Below the pieces are notes generated by a model, which saw only the letters and a list, made by a program, of their open reading frames with translations, had not been told where the DNA came from and did not search any database. Below, one piece after another: positions 52,718-61,662 of a stretch of DNA of 64,000 bases (position 1 is the stretch's first letter; each line of letters begins with the position of its first letter). Where the stretch lies: positions 32,001 through 96,000 of the forward strand of contig JASLXV010000038.1 in NCBI GenBank assembly GCA_030740155.1, written 5' to 3'. The position numbers were made by a program, and so were the translations under genes. This DNA is from Dehalococcoidia bacterium. GTDB lineage: Bacteria > Chloroflexota > Dehalococcoidia > Lucifugimonadales > UBA3495.

Positions 52718-53503
52718 ATGCCTGGAAACCTGGTCTCGGCCACCTTGCGCGGCGGGCTGTTCACCCGAGTGGTAGGCAAGCGGCTCTTGTTTTTCCAAGA
52801 AATAGGCTCCACCATGGACGAGGCTGGCCGCGAGGCGGAAGCGGGGGCCGATGAAGGCACGGTGGTGGTGGCGGAGAGCCAGACGGCGGGGCGAGGCCGG
52901 TTGGGACGAAACTGGGTGTCCCGCGAAGGCAACCTGTACCTGTCGGTTGTGTTCCGGCCCACCATGCAGGCCCTGCCGCTGCTGAGCATCCTGGCCGGGG
53001 TGGCCGTGACACGGGCCATCCGGAAGACGACAGGCCTGGACCCGCGTATAAAATGGCCCAACGACGTGCTGATTGATGGAAAGAAGGTCGCTGGCATCCT
53101 GGCGGAGAGCGTCGTGACCGGCAACACCGTCTCCCACGCCGTGGTGGGCATCGGGATCAACGTCGGGCTGGATACCGATGCCGTGGAGGACATCGCCAGT
53201 TTCGCCACCGGCCTGAACGTCGTGGCCGAGCGGCCGGTCCCCCGCGAGGACGTTCTGCGGCAGCTGTTGCACGACCTGGACGCCCTGTACCTCGGTGTGG
53301 GTCAGGGCGGTTCGCCGATGGGGGAATGGCGGGCCCTGCTGGAGACCTTGGGCCAACGGGTGCAGGCTCACTGGCGAGGGGACTCCTGCGTAGGCCTTGC
53401 GGAGGACGTGGATGAGTTGGGTAACCTTCAGCTTCGCCTGGAAGACGGCCGGCTGGTTACCCTGAGCGCCGGGGATGTCACCCTGCGCGGCCCTGAGCCT
53501 TAA
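52718..53503 (+). CDS. birA: Biotin--[acetyl-CoA carboxylase] ligase (no HTH domain)
   Basis: STMD, AESQTAGRGRLGRNW, KWPNDV, KVAGIL, GIGINV, AGDV. Confidence 0.95.
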   Translation: MPGNLVSATLRGGLFTRVVGKRLLFFQEIGSTMDEAGREAEAGADEGTVVVAESQTAGRGRLGRNWVSREGNLYLSVVFRPTMQALPLLSILAGVAVTRAIRKTTGLDPRIKWPNDVLIDGKKVAGILAESVVTGNTVSHAVVGIGINVGLDTDAVEDIASFATGLNVVAERPVPREDVLRQLLHDLDALYLGVGQGGSPMGEWRALLETLGQRVQAHWRGDSCVGLAEDVDELGNLQLRLEDGRLVTLSAGDVTLRGPEP

Positions 53504-53623
53504 AGGGTCCGGCACCAAGAAGATTGAATAACCTTACCGCATTGGCAGTTCTCCCCGGCAACTGGGCCGCAGAGGCTGCGATCGCTTCGCGGGCAACCCG
53601 CGGGCCGTGGCAACGGGGGTCGT

Positions 53624-54433
53624 ATGCTGGAAAAACTTAGCATGGATGACAAGGTCGTGGTGGTCACCGGCGGCGGGACCGGTATCGGGCTGGCCATGGT
53701 GCGCCACCTGGCCCGGGCGGGTGCCCACGTGTCTATCGGCGGGCGCAGGTCCGGCCCGATAGAAGACGCGGCCGCCGAAGTGAAGGCCCTGGGCCGGGAC
53801 GCCCTGGCCATCTCCACGGACGTCTCCGACTCCAGCCAGGTGGACCGGTTGATCAATACCACCCTGGAACACTTCGGCCACATCGATGTGATGATCAACA
53901 ATGCGGGCGCGGTCCAGGACAACGTGCGCAAAGCTATCTGGGACCACCGCGACAAAGACTGGCATCGCGTCATGGACGTGAACCTGAGCGGCGCCTTCTA
54001 CTGCTCGCGGGCCGTGTCCCGCCCCATGGCGGACCGGGGGAAAGGCAAGATCATCAACATCGCTTCTTCCTACGGCATGCGGGGCGGGCGAGACATCTAC
54101 ATGTATTGCTGCAGCAAGGGTGGCATGGTCCAGCTTACCCGGGTGCTGGCGTTCAACCTGGCCCGCTACGGCATAACCGCCAACAGCATATCTCCCGGAT
54201 ATATCCCTACCGTGATCGAGTACACCGATATGCGGTCGACCGCGCCCCCATCCGCGGATTGGCTGCCCACCGGCAAGATGTCCCGGCCGGAGGATATCGG
54301 GCCCATAGCGGTGTTCTTGGCGTCCGAGGCCTCCGACTACATGACGGGTGAAATGATCATCGTCGACGGCGGCTGCATGACCGCCGGCGTGATCCCCACC
54401 GGCCATGCGCCGCTAGTTCCCCTGGAAGACTGA
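53624..54433 (+). CDS. SDR family oxidoreductase
   Basis: TGGGTGIG, NNAG, NIAS, YCCSK, PG. Confidence 0.94.
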   Translation: MLEKLSMDDKVVVVTGGGTGIGLAMVRHLARAGAHVSIGGRRSGPIEDAAAEVKALGRDALAISTDVSDSSQVDRLINTTLEHFGHIDVMINNAGAVQDNVRKAIWDHRDKDWHRVMDVNLSGAFYCSRAVSRPMADRGKGKIINIASSYGMRGGRDIYMYCCSKGGMVQLTRVLAFNLARYGITANSISPGYIPTVIEYTDMRSTAPPSADWLPTGKMSRPEDIGPIAVFLASEASDYMTGEMIIVDGGCMTAGVIPTGHAPLVPLED

Positions 54434-54491
54434 CGGCTGATTGCTGATTGCTATTTGAGACACGTCCCCAAGTCAAAACTACGAGGAATGA

Positions 54492-55301
54492 ATGCTAGAG
54501 GCTCTTAGCTTGGAAGGCAAGGTGGTGGCCATCACCGGGGGAGGAACCGGTTTAGGCCGGGCGATGGTTCGCGCCCTGGCCCGGGCGGGCGCCTCCCTTT
54601 GTGTCGCCGGGCGCCGCCTCGCTCCCATCGAGGACGCGGCCACCGAGGTGACCAAGCTGGGCGGAGCAGCCATCGCCGTGTCCACGGACGTTACCGACCC
54701 GGGCCAGGTGGATCAGCTGATCTCCACCGCCGTGGACCACTTCGGCCACATCGACGTCATGATCAACAATGCCGGCGCGGTTCAAGACAATGTGCGCAAA
54801 CCCATCTGGGACCACACCGATGAAGACTGGCACCGGGTGATGGACGTGAACCTGACCGGGGCCTTCTTCGGCGCAAGGGCCGCGTCCCGGCCCATGGCAG
54901 ACCAGGGTTGGGGCAAGATCATCAATGTCGCCTCCGGGTTTGGGTTGCGGGGTGGTCGAGAGATCTACATGTATTGCTGCAGCAAGGGCGGCATGATCCA
55001 GCTTACCCGGGTGCTGGCCTTCAGCCTGGCCCGCCACGGCGTCACGGCCAACAGCATCGTGCCCGGCTTTATTCCCACCACGGGCACCGATTCGGACATA
55101 CGGGCGTCCATGCCCCGGTCCGGGGACTATCTGCCCATCGGCAAGTTGGGCCTGCCGGAAGAACTGGGACCTATAGCGGTGTTCCTGGCGTCCGCCGCTT
55201 CCGACTACATGACGGGTGAGATGATCATTTCCGACGGCGGCGGTCTGGCGGCGGGGATTATTCCCGCCGGCCATGCACCGGCCGTCCCGTTGGAACCATA
55301 A
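54492..55301 (+). CDS. SDR family oxidoreductase (tandem paralog)
   Basis: TGGGTGLG, NNAG, YCCSK; same 269-aa length as its neighbour. Confidence 0.94.
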   Translation: MLEALSLEGKVVAITGGGTGLGRAMVRALARAGASLCVAGRRLAPIEDAATEVTKLGGAAIAVSTDVTDPGQVDQLISTAVDHFGHIDVMINNAGAVQDNVRKPIWDHTDEDWHRVMDVNLTGAFFGARAASRPMADQGWGKIINVASGFGLRGGREIYMYCCSKGGMIQLTRVLAFSLARHGVTANSIVPGFIPTTGTDSDIRASMPRSGDYLPIGKLGLPEELGPIAVFLASAASDYMTGEMIISDGGGLAAGIIPAGHAPAVPLEP

Positions 55302-55306
55302 TTCGA

Positions 55307-55388
55307 GCAATCAGCATTCAGCGATCGGCAGTCAGCCAGAAAACCGGGGGGTTGAGCGCTGATGGCTGAATCCTGACGGCTGACCGCT
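55307..55388. repeat. Inverted heptamer (GCTGANN) tandem repeats
   Basis: agcaatcagcattcagcgatcggcagtcagcc ... gctgatggctgaatcctgacggctgaccgct; same unit at 49351, 50761, 54429, 58861. Confidence 0.7.
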
Positions 55389-55401
55389 GCTGGAGGTAGC
55401 C

Positions 55402-56169
55402 ATGCCAATACTTGAAGAATATAGCCTCTCCGGCCGAGTGGCGATCCTTTCCACCGCCGGGGGCGACCAGGCTCCCATCTTGGCCCAGGCTCTGGCGGAG
55501 GCCGGGGCGTCGGTCTTTACCGTGGCCCGTCGTCAGCACCTGCTGGACCCGGTGCTGGCGGCTCTGGCAGGCTCGCCGGGAGACCACGGCGGGGTGGCAG
55601 CCGACATCGGCGCTGGAGACCCGGCGGAACTCGCCCGCGTCATGGAGGCCTTCGACGGCCGCCACGGCCAGGTGGACATACTGGTTAACGATGGCCGGAG
55701 CATGTTCGCCAAGCCGTTCAACGAGATTTCCCTGGAGGAATGGGACGCTGTGCAATCGCGCAACCTCCGGGCCGCATTTCTCCTCTGCCAGGCAGTGGGA
55801 CAGCGGATGCGGGACCGGAAGTACGGACGGATCGTGAATCTGGTGTCCGTGCTGGCCGAGAGGGGCATGATCAACGGGTCCGCTTTCTCTGTGAGCCAGG
55901 CCTCCCTCCTCGCGCTGACCCGCTCCCTTGCGATCGAATGGGGCAAGGACAATATCCGGTGCAACGCCCTTGGCTCCGGCTGGTTCATCACGGAGGACAT
56001 CCCACTCGAGGAGCAGCAGAAAGAGTTGCTGGTCCGCTACACTCCCTTGCGCCGCAAGGGCCATCCACGGGACATCGCTCCCCTGTTGGTCTACATGTGC
56101 TCGGAATCCTGTGACTACGCCACCGGCCAGCCCGTCTACGTCGACGGCGGCCTCAACGCCCATCCGTAG
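55402..56169 (+). CDS. Degenerate SDR-fold protein
   Basis: SDR scaffold (VDILVN, GRIVN, LTRSLAIEW, TPLRRKG, TGQPVYVDGG) but no TGxxxGxG or YxxxK. Confidence 0.88.
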   Translation: MPILEEYSLSGRVAILSTAGGDQAPILAQALAEAGASVFTVARRQHLLDPVLAALAGSPGDHGGVAADIGAGDPAELARVMEAFDGRHGQVDILVNDGRSMFAKPFNEISLEEWDAVQSRNLRAAFLLCQAVGQRMRDRKYGRIVNLVSVLAERGMINGSAFSVSQASLLALTRSLAIEWGKDNIRCNALGSGWFITEDIPLEEQQKELLVRYTPLRRKGHPRDIAPLLVYMCSESCDYATGQPVYVDGGLNAHP

Positions 56170-56335
56170 TCTACCGGCCGGGGAACTGCCAGGCGCTCCA
56201 TTCACTAACTGACCGGGCTTCGACGTGCCCGCAGTTTCACCGGTCCGTTTGTTAATCTCTGTGCCTCCGTGGCAAACCCGATCCCCACTCTGAGTTTCCG
56301 CCCGTCGAAACTGGCCCCGGCCGAGGGCGTTTCTG

Positions 56336-56364
56336 TTGAACCTGCAAAGGGGCTGATGTACAAT
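56336..56364 (+). promoter_or_regulatory. Putative sigma70 promoter of the his operon
   Basis: TTGAAC-17bp-TACAAT. Confidence 0.55.
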
Positions 56365-56407
56365 ATCCGCCTATTAAATCGATATGTTTGGTAAATCCGG
56401 CGGACCG

Positions 56408-57838
56408 ATGAGAACCGTATCCCGGCTCCAAGGCATGCGTGACCTCGCTCAGGAGTCGTGGCACCTCAGGCGAGACCTCCAGGACCGGTTGATGGCGCTG
56501 TTCAGCAGCTTCGGATACGGCTGCCTGGAGACGCCCGTTTTGGAAGCCACCGAGCTGTTCCTGCGCAAATCTGGCGGCGAGCTGGCTTCGCGCCTCTACA
56601 GCTTCACCGACTCGGGCGGCGCTCAGGTGAGCCTCCGACCCGAGTTCACCTCATCCATCCTGCGCCACTATCTTGAGAACTCCGGCGATATCGAGCTGCC
56701 GGCCCGCTGGCAATACGCCGGGCCGGTGTTCCGCTACGAGGTCTCCCACCCGGAGACCAGCGGCCAGTTCACCCAGGTCGGGGCCGAGCTGGTTGGCGCG
56801 CCAAGCATGATGGCCGATGTCGAGGTGTTGGGCCTGGCGGCCCTGGTGCCGGAGAAGCTGGGGATATCGGGCTGGCGGCTGGAGCTGGCGGACCTGGATG
56901 TGCTCAACAGCGTGCTCGACGCGGTCGGTGTTTCAGAGCGGGCTAAAACCTTTATCGTTGCCAGCGTGCCCCGCCTCAAGGAGGGCGGAGACGCGACGGC
57001 GCGGGTGCTGGAAGAGGCGCACCGGCTGCGCTTGACCGGCCGGGGCGGGCCGGACGATTACCTGGGGCAAGCCATCGACGGTCTGGATGACGGCCGGGCA
57101 ACGGTGGTCCTCCATGGCCTGTTGCAGTGGAGCGCCGCCGGTCAGTTGGGGCAGCGGAACGCCGGCGAGGTGGTGGACCGGCTGCTGCGCAAGCTTCGGG
57201 GCGGAGACGACGAGAACAGCCTGCGACGCGGCCTGGAGCTGGCTCGCGATCTGGCGATGGTGGGGGGTGAGCCCAGGGCTGTCCTGGAGGCCGCCGGCGC
57301 CGTGGTCCGGGCGGCCGGGGCCGACAGCACCGCGTTTGGCCGGCTGTCCGACTATCTGGACCTGCTCCTGGCTGAGGAAGGAATCGCCAGCCACCTGGTC
57401 CTGGATTTCGGGCTGGTGCGCGGCTTGGCGTACTATAATGGAATTGTGTTCGAGGTGAAGCACCCGGATTGGCCCGGCGCCCTTGGGGGTGGCGGCCGGT
57501 ACGACGGTCTGGCCCGTGCCCTGGGAAGCGAGGGACCCCTCCCGGCGTTGGGCTTCGCCTACAACCTCGACGCTTTGCTGGCCCTGACCCGCGAGACCGG
57601 CGGCGGTTCAAGTTGGTCGCCGGAGATCCCCGATGCCCTGGTTTTGGCCGCCGGCCCGGGCAGCTACCCGGAGGCCCTCCGGGCGACCGTGGACCTTCGG
57701 CGGCAAGGGCTCCGGGTCGAGCTGGAGGTTACCCGGCGGGAGCTGGAGCAGGCCATCTCCTACGCCGCCAAGAAGGGGATCAAGCAGGTGGTGGTGGTAC
57801 ACCAGGATGGACGGCGAACGACCCATGCCGCGAAGTAA
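56408..57838 (+). CDS. hisZ: HisZ/HisS family protein (probable ATP phosphoribosyltransferase regulatory subunit)
   Basis: GMRD, ETPVLE, LRPEFT, GPVFRYE, QVGAEL, RGLAYYNG, GGGRYDGL; overlaps hisG. Confidence 0.75.
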   Translation: MRTVSRLQGMRDLAQESWHLRRDLQDRLMALFSSFGYGCLETPVLEATELFLRKSGGELASRLYSFTDSGGAQVSLRPEFTSSILRHYLENSGDIELPARWQYAGPVFRYEVSHPETSGQFTQVGAELVGAPSMMADVEVLGLAALVPEKLGISGWRLELADLDVLNSVLDAVGVSERAKTFIVASVPRLKEGGDATARVLEEAHRLRLTGRGGPDDYLGQAIDGLDDGRATVVLHGLLQWSAAGQLGQRNAGEVVDRLLRKLRGGDDENSLRRGLELARDLAMVGGEPRAVLEAAGAVVRAAGADSTAFGRLSDYLDLLLAEEGIASHLVLDFGLVRGLAYYNGIVFEVKHPDWPGALGGGGRYDGLARALGSEGPLPALGFAYNLDALLALTRETGGGSSWSPEIPDALVLAAGPGSYPEALRATVDLRRQGLRVELEVTRRELEQAISYAAKKGIKQVVVVHQDGRRTTHAAK

Positions 57839-58850
57839 CGGCGGAGGCCCCAAACCAGCCCTGCGGCTGGCCCTGGCCAGCGACGGCGAGCTGCATAAAG
57901 GCACGCTGGATTTTCTGGGGGCTTGCGGCCTGCCGGTGCACCGCCCCAGCTCTCGCCGTTATACCGCCTTGGTTCCGGCCGTTCCCGGAGTAGAGGTGCT
58001 GCTGCAGCGGGCCGCGGACATCACCCAAAAGGTCGAAGAAGGTAGCGCGGAGCTGGGAATTACCGGCATGGACCGGTTCCTGGAGGGACGGGCCGACGAT
58101 GGGCAAGTGATCTCGCTGATCGATGACCTGCACTTCGGGCGCTGCGATCTGGTCCTGGCCGTACCCGACTCCTGGCTGGACGTTACCTCGGTGGCCGACC
58201 TGGCCGATCTGGCCCTGGAGTTTCGCCAGGAAGGGAAGCAGCTTCGCATCACCACCAAGTACCCTCGTATGTTGCGCCGGTACTTGTTCGAGAGGGGCAT
58301 CAACCACTTCACCCTGGTGCCCGCCAGCGGGACGCTCGAGGCTGCTCCTGCCGCGGGATACGCCGACCTGATCGCGGACCTGACCTCCACCGGCACCACC
58401 CTCCGGGAAAACCGGCTGAAAACCTTGGAAGAGGGCACCGTACTGGTTTCTCAGGCCTGCCTTATCGGCAACCCGGCACTGCTCGCCGCGAACCCGGCTG
58501 AACTGGATTTGGCCAGGGCCCTCGTCGAGCCCATGGAGGCGCACCTTCGGGCCAAGTCCTATTACCGTCTGACGGCCAACGTCCGGGGCCAATCCGCCGT
58601 TGAGGTCAGCGCTACAGTTCTGGCCCGGCCCGATCTGGCCGGGCTGCGCGGCCCCACTGTCGCCAGGGTTTATAATGTGGAAGAGCAGGACTGGCACAGT
58701 CTCAGCTTGCTGGTCAAGAAGGAGCTGCTGCTGGATGCCGTGGACCACCTGCGTGACTGCGGGGCCGTGGACATCGCCGCTTCCCAGGTTAACTACCTGT
58801 TTGAAGGGCACTCGGAAGCGTACCGGCTCCTCCTCGATCGCGGCCCTTGA
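57825..58850 (+). CDS. hisG: ATP phosphoribosyltransferase (long form)
   Basis: RAADI, LGITGMD, TKYP, SGTLEAAP..GYADLIADLTSTGTTLRENRL, plus C-terminal domain. Confidence 0.94.
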   Translation: MPRSNGGGPKPALRLALASDGELHKGTLDFLGACGLPVHRPSSRRYTALVPAVPGVEVLLQRAADITQKVEEGSAELGITGMDRFLEGRADDGQVISLIDDLHFGRCDLVLAVPDSWLDVTSVADLADLALEFRQEGKQLRITTKYPRMLRRYLFERGINHFTLVPASGTLEAAPAAGYADLIADLTSTGTTLRENRLKTLEEGTVLVSQACLIGNPALLAANPAELDLARALVEPMEAHLRAKSYYRLTANVRGQSAVEVSATVLARPDLAGLRGPTVARVYNVEEQDWHSLSLLVKKELLLDAVDHLRDCGAVDIAASQVNYLFEGHSEAYRLLLDRGP

Positions 58851-58920
58851 CGCCATACCGAGCGGTCAGCGGTAGGTTCGAGCCGGCGCTGACCGCGGAT
58901 AGCTGACTGCTCGAGGTACC

Positions 58921-59697
58921 ATGCCGAACTTACCGACACACCTGTACATGGTCAATCGGCTTGTGGAGCGGCTGGACTGGGGGTGCCTTTCCGGCAACCT
59001 CGGCAGCCTCTACCTGGGGTCCACCGCGCCGGATATGCGGGCAATGACCAAGTGGCCCAGGGAGCGCACCCACTTCGCACCGCTGTCCGTCCGCGAGGTC
59101 GGCACCGGCCCGCGGGAGATGTTCCGGCTTCACCCGGAGTTGGCCGATTACCGGACGCTGTCCAACGCTACCCGGGCCTTCATCCTGGGCTACATCAGCC
59201 ACCTGGTGGCCGACGAAACCTGGATTACTACCATCTACCGCCCAAGCTTCGATCCCCCCGAGGGGAGCGCCATGGCCGCAGGCAACAAGGTGGAGGCTCA
59301 TATCTGGGACCGGGCGTTGCAGCTCGACATGGACCGCCGGGCGCTGCCCCATGTGGGAGGCCATCTCCAGCCCATAGCGGAAATGCCCGCCGATGCGGTG
59401 GGCCGTGACGTGAGCTTCCTCGGTGCGGAGGCGCTGGAGGAATGGAAGGAATGGGTGGGCCGGTTCGTCGTCCGGGAGTTCACCTGGGAACGGTTGAGGC
59501 GGTCGTTGAACCGGATGTACCGGGGTGACGATGAGGTGCAACAGGCGGTGGACGGCTTCCTGGATGAGATGCCCGGCAGCTTGGAACAGGTCTACCAACG
59601 GATACCTCGCGAGAGGATCGACGCCTACCAGCAAAGGGTCCTCGAAGAGACCGTGGTCCAGGTGCAAGAGCATTGGGGCCCGGCCTATCCTGACTAG
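58921..59697 (+). CDS. Zinc-dependent phospholipase C/P1 nuclease-fold protein
   Basis: N-terminal MP...TH, LGSTAPD, THF, GYISHLVAD metal-ligand pattern. Confidence 0.75.
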   Translation: MPNLPTHLYMVNRLVERLDWGCLSGNLGSLYLGSTAPDMRAMTKWPRERTHFAPLSVREVGTGPREMFRLHPELADYRTLSNATRAFILGYISHLVADETWITTIYRPSFDPPEGSAMAAGNKVEAHIWDRALQLDMDRRALPHVGGHLQPIAEMPADAVGRDVSFLGAEALEEWKEWVGRFVVREFTWERLRRSLNRMYRGDDEVQQAVDGFLDEMPGSLEQVYQRIPRERIDAYQQRVLEETVVQVQEHWGPAYPD

Positions 59698-59859
59698 TCT
59701 GCTGTCTCATAAATGGTTTGATACCCTGCCCGTCATCCCGGCGAAGGCCGGGATCCAGCAAAAGCTTCTCTGGATTTCGGCCTTCGCCGGAAAGACGCCG
59801 GTGGTGGGTGTGCCGCATGGTTTCGCAGGTGTAAAGCTGTTTACGAGACTGTACACTAG
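59694..59859. mobile_element. CTAG-bounded MITE-like element carrying a CGTC-type REP doublet
   Basis: Imperfect terminal IRs CTAGTCTGCTGTCTCATAAA / TTTACGAGACTGTACACTAG; related inverted copy at 63794-63961. Confidence 0.7.
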
Positions 59860-60034
59860 AAGCGCGAAATACCTGCACCGGTCACTGGGAGTCATCCGGA
59901 GACGGATGGCGGACCGGTGACGGGCACCTTATTGAGACCCTTGACCCAGCCAGAGTAGTGAGATCGAATCCGGTCTCACTCGGGGCGGCTCGCCGCCTCC
60001 GGACCGGCAATTTGCCAGCCAAAGGATAGAACCA

Positions 60035-61366
60035 GTGAAGCTCAGAACGATTCAGGGCATCGAAAGCGCGGAGGAAGTCCTGGTCCGGGTTGACCCCCTG
60101 GACCTGAGCACTCTGCCCGAATCCGTTTTGGCCCGGACCCGCCAGGCCTTCGGGGACGGGGTTACCCCGGAGCAGTCGATAGTGCGCATCCTCCGTGAGG
60201 TGCGCGCCGAGGGGGACCCGGCGGTCCGGCGCTACACCCTGCTGCTCGACGGCCTGGATCTGGACGAGATAAGAGTCACCGAAGCGGAGATGGCGGAGGC
60301 GCGGGCCCAGGTGTCAGCCGAGTTGCGCCAGTCCCTAGAGCTGGCCGCCGCCCGGATCAGAGAGTTCCATCAGGCCGTCCTGCCTCGGGACTGGCTGGAC
60401 GATGAGAAAGGCCTGGGAGAGTTGATTCGCCCCCTGGACCGGGTGGGCCTGTACGCGCCCGGCGGCACCGCCGCCTATCCTTCGACCGTGTTGATGACCG
60501 CCATCCCGGCCCGGGTCGCCGGGGTGGGCGAGGTGATTCTGAGCACACCGCGCCGGGGAGGCGAACCGCTCAACCCGGCGGTGCTGGTGGCGGCCGAGAT
60601 CGCCGGGGTCGACGCCGTGTACCAGATCGGCGGCGTGCAGGCCATCGGGGCCATGGCCTACGGCACCGAGTCGGTCCCCAAGGTGGACAAGATCTGCGGT
60701 CCCGGCAACATCTTCGTAGCCTACGCCAAGAGGATGGTGCAAGGCCAGGTGGACATCGACGGCGTCTACGGCCCCACGGAGACCATCCTGGTCGCCGACG
60801 AGACCGCCAACGCCGGGTTCTGCGCCGCCGACCTCATCGGTCAGGCGGAGCACGACCCGCTGGCGACCGCCATCCTCATCACCACCTCCGGCAGCCTGGT
60901 GAAGGCCGTGGAAGGGGAGCTTGACCGCCAGTTGGCATCCCAGTCCAGGGGGGAGATGGCCCGGGGAGCGCTGGAGCGCCAGGGCCGGGTGGTGCTGGTG
61001 GACACGGTGGACCAGGCGGTGGACCTGGCCAACCGCATCGCCCCGGAGCACCTTTGCCTCATGGTTCGGGACCCTTGGGCCTGGGTGGGCCGGGTGAAAC
61101 ACGCGGGAGGCCTCTTCCTGGGAGAGTTTTCGCCGGAGGTCATGGGAGATTACATCGCCGGTCCGAGCCACGTAATGCCCACGGGGGGCACCGCGCGTTT
61201 CAGCTCAGCCCTCAGCGTCCACCAGTTCCTGCGCACTATGCCGGTGGTGGGCTTGAGCCCCGAAGACTTTCGCCGGTTGGGTCCGGCGGCGATCAAGATA
61301 GCCGAGGCCGAAGGCCTGGCCGGCCACGCCAGCGCCATCACCGTGCGGTTGGCCAGCCTGGGATGA
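60035..61366 (+). CDS. hisD: Histidinol dehydrogenase
   Basis: VGLYAPGG, YPSTVLM, GPGNIFV, GPTE, QAEHD, APEHL, GDYIAGPSHVMPT. Confidence 0.97.
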   Translation: MKLRTIQGIESAEEVLVRVDPLDLSTLPESVLARTRQAFGDGVTPEQSIVRILREVRAEGDPAVRRYTLLLDGLDLDEIRVTEAEMAEARAQVSAELRQSLELAAARIREFHQAVLPRDWLDDEKGLGELIRPLDRVGLYAPGGTAAYPSTVLMTAIPARVAGVGEVILSTPRRGGEPLNPAVLVAAEIAGVDAVYQIGGVQAIGAMAYGTESVPKVDKICGPGNIFVAYAKRMVQGQVDIDGVYGPTETILVADETANAGFCAADLIGQAEHDPLATAILITTSGSLVKAVEGELDRQLASQSRGEMARGALERQGRVVLVDTVDQAVDLANRIAPEHLCLMVRDPWAWVGRVKHAGGLFLGEFSPEVMGDYIAGPSHVMPTGGTARFSSALSVHQFLRTMPVVGLSPEDFRRLGPAAIKIAEAEGLAGHASAITVRLASLG

Positions 61367-61472
61367 GAAGCCGGGCCCGTGAAAATGTGACCTTTCCCAG
61401 CGGCAGCTTCAAGCCCAGCTACTGAACCATGAATCAGCCGCCAATAAGAGCAAGGAGCACAATCCGTGATGC

Positions 61473-61506
61473 TCCCCCTTTGGTAAAGGGGGATACAGGG
61501 GGATTT
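61473..61506. repeat. Palindromic repeat, copy of 49214-49246
   Basis: TCCCCCTTTGGTAAAGGGGGATACAGGGGGATTT. Confidence 0.8.
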
Positions 61507-61662
61507 CCCCCTCAACCAAACCGTCGATCCAAGAGTCAGCAATCTTCAGGCAGGCTGGTGGACTCGGGTTTACCAGGCCCCTGAATTTCGGACAGAAGCG
61601 GATCCTTACGTCCTGCCCGGTCACCTACGCCGGCAGGTAACTTCCCGGGAGGTGGACAACAG

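Noticed and set aside
56170..56407. His attenuator or T-box leader (also checked upstream of glyQS)
   Set aside because: No His-codon run, T-box motif or terminator is visible, and the putative promoters lie close to the starts
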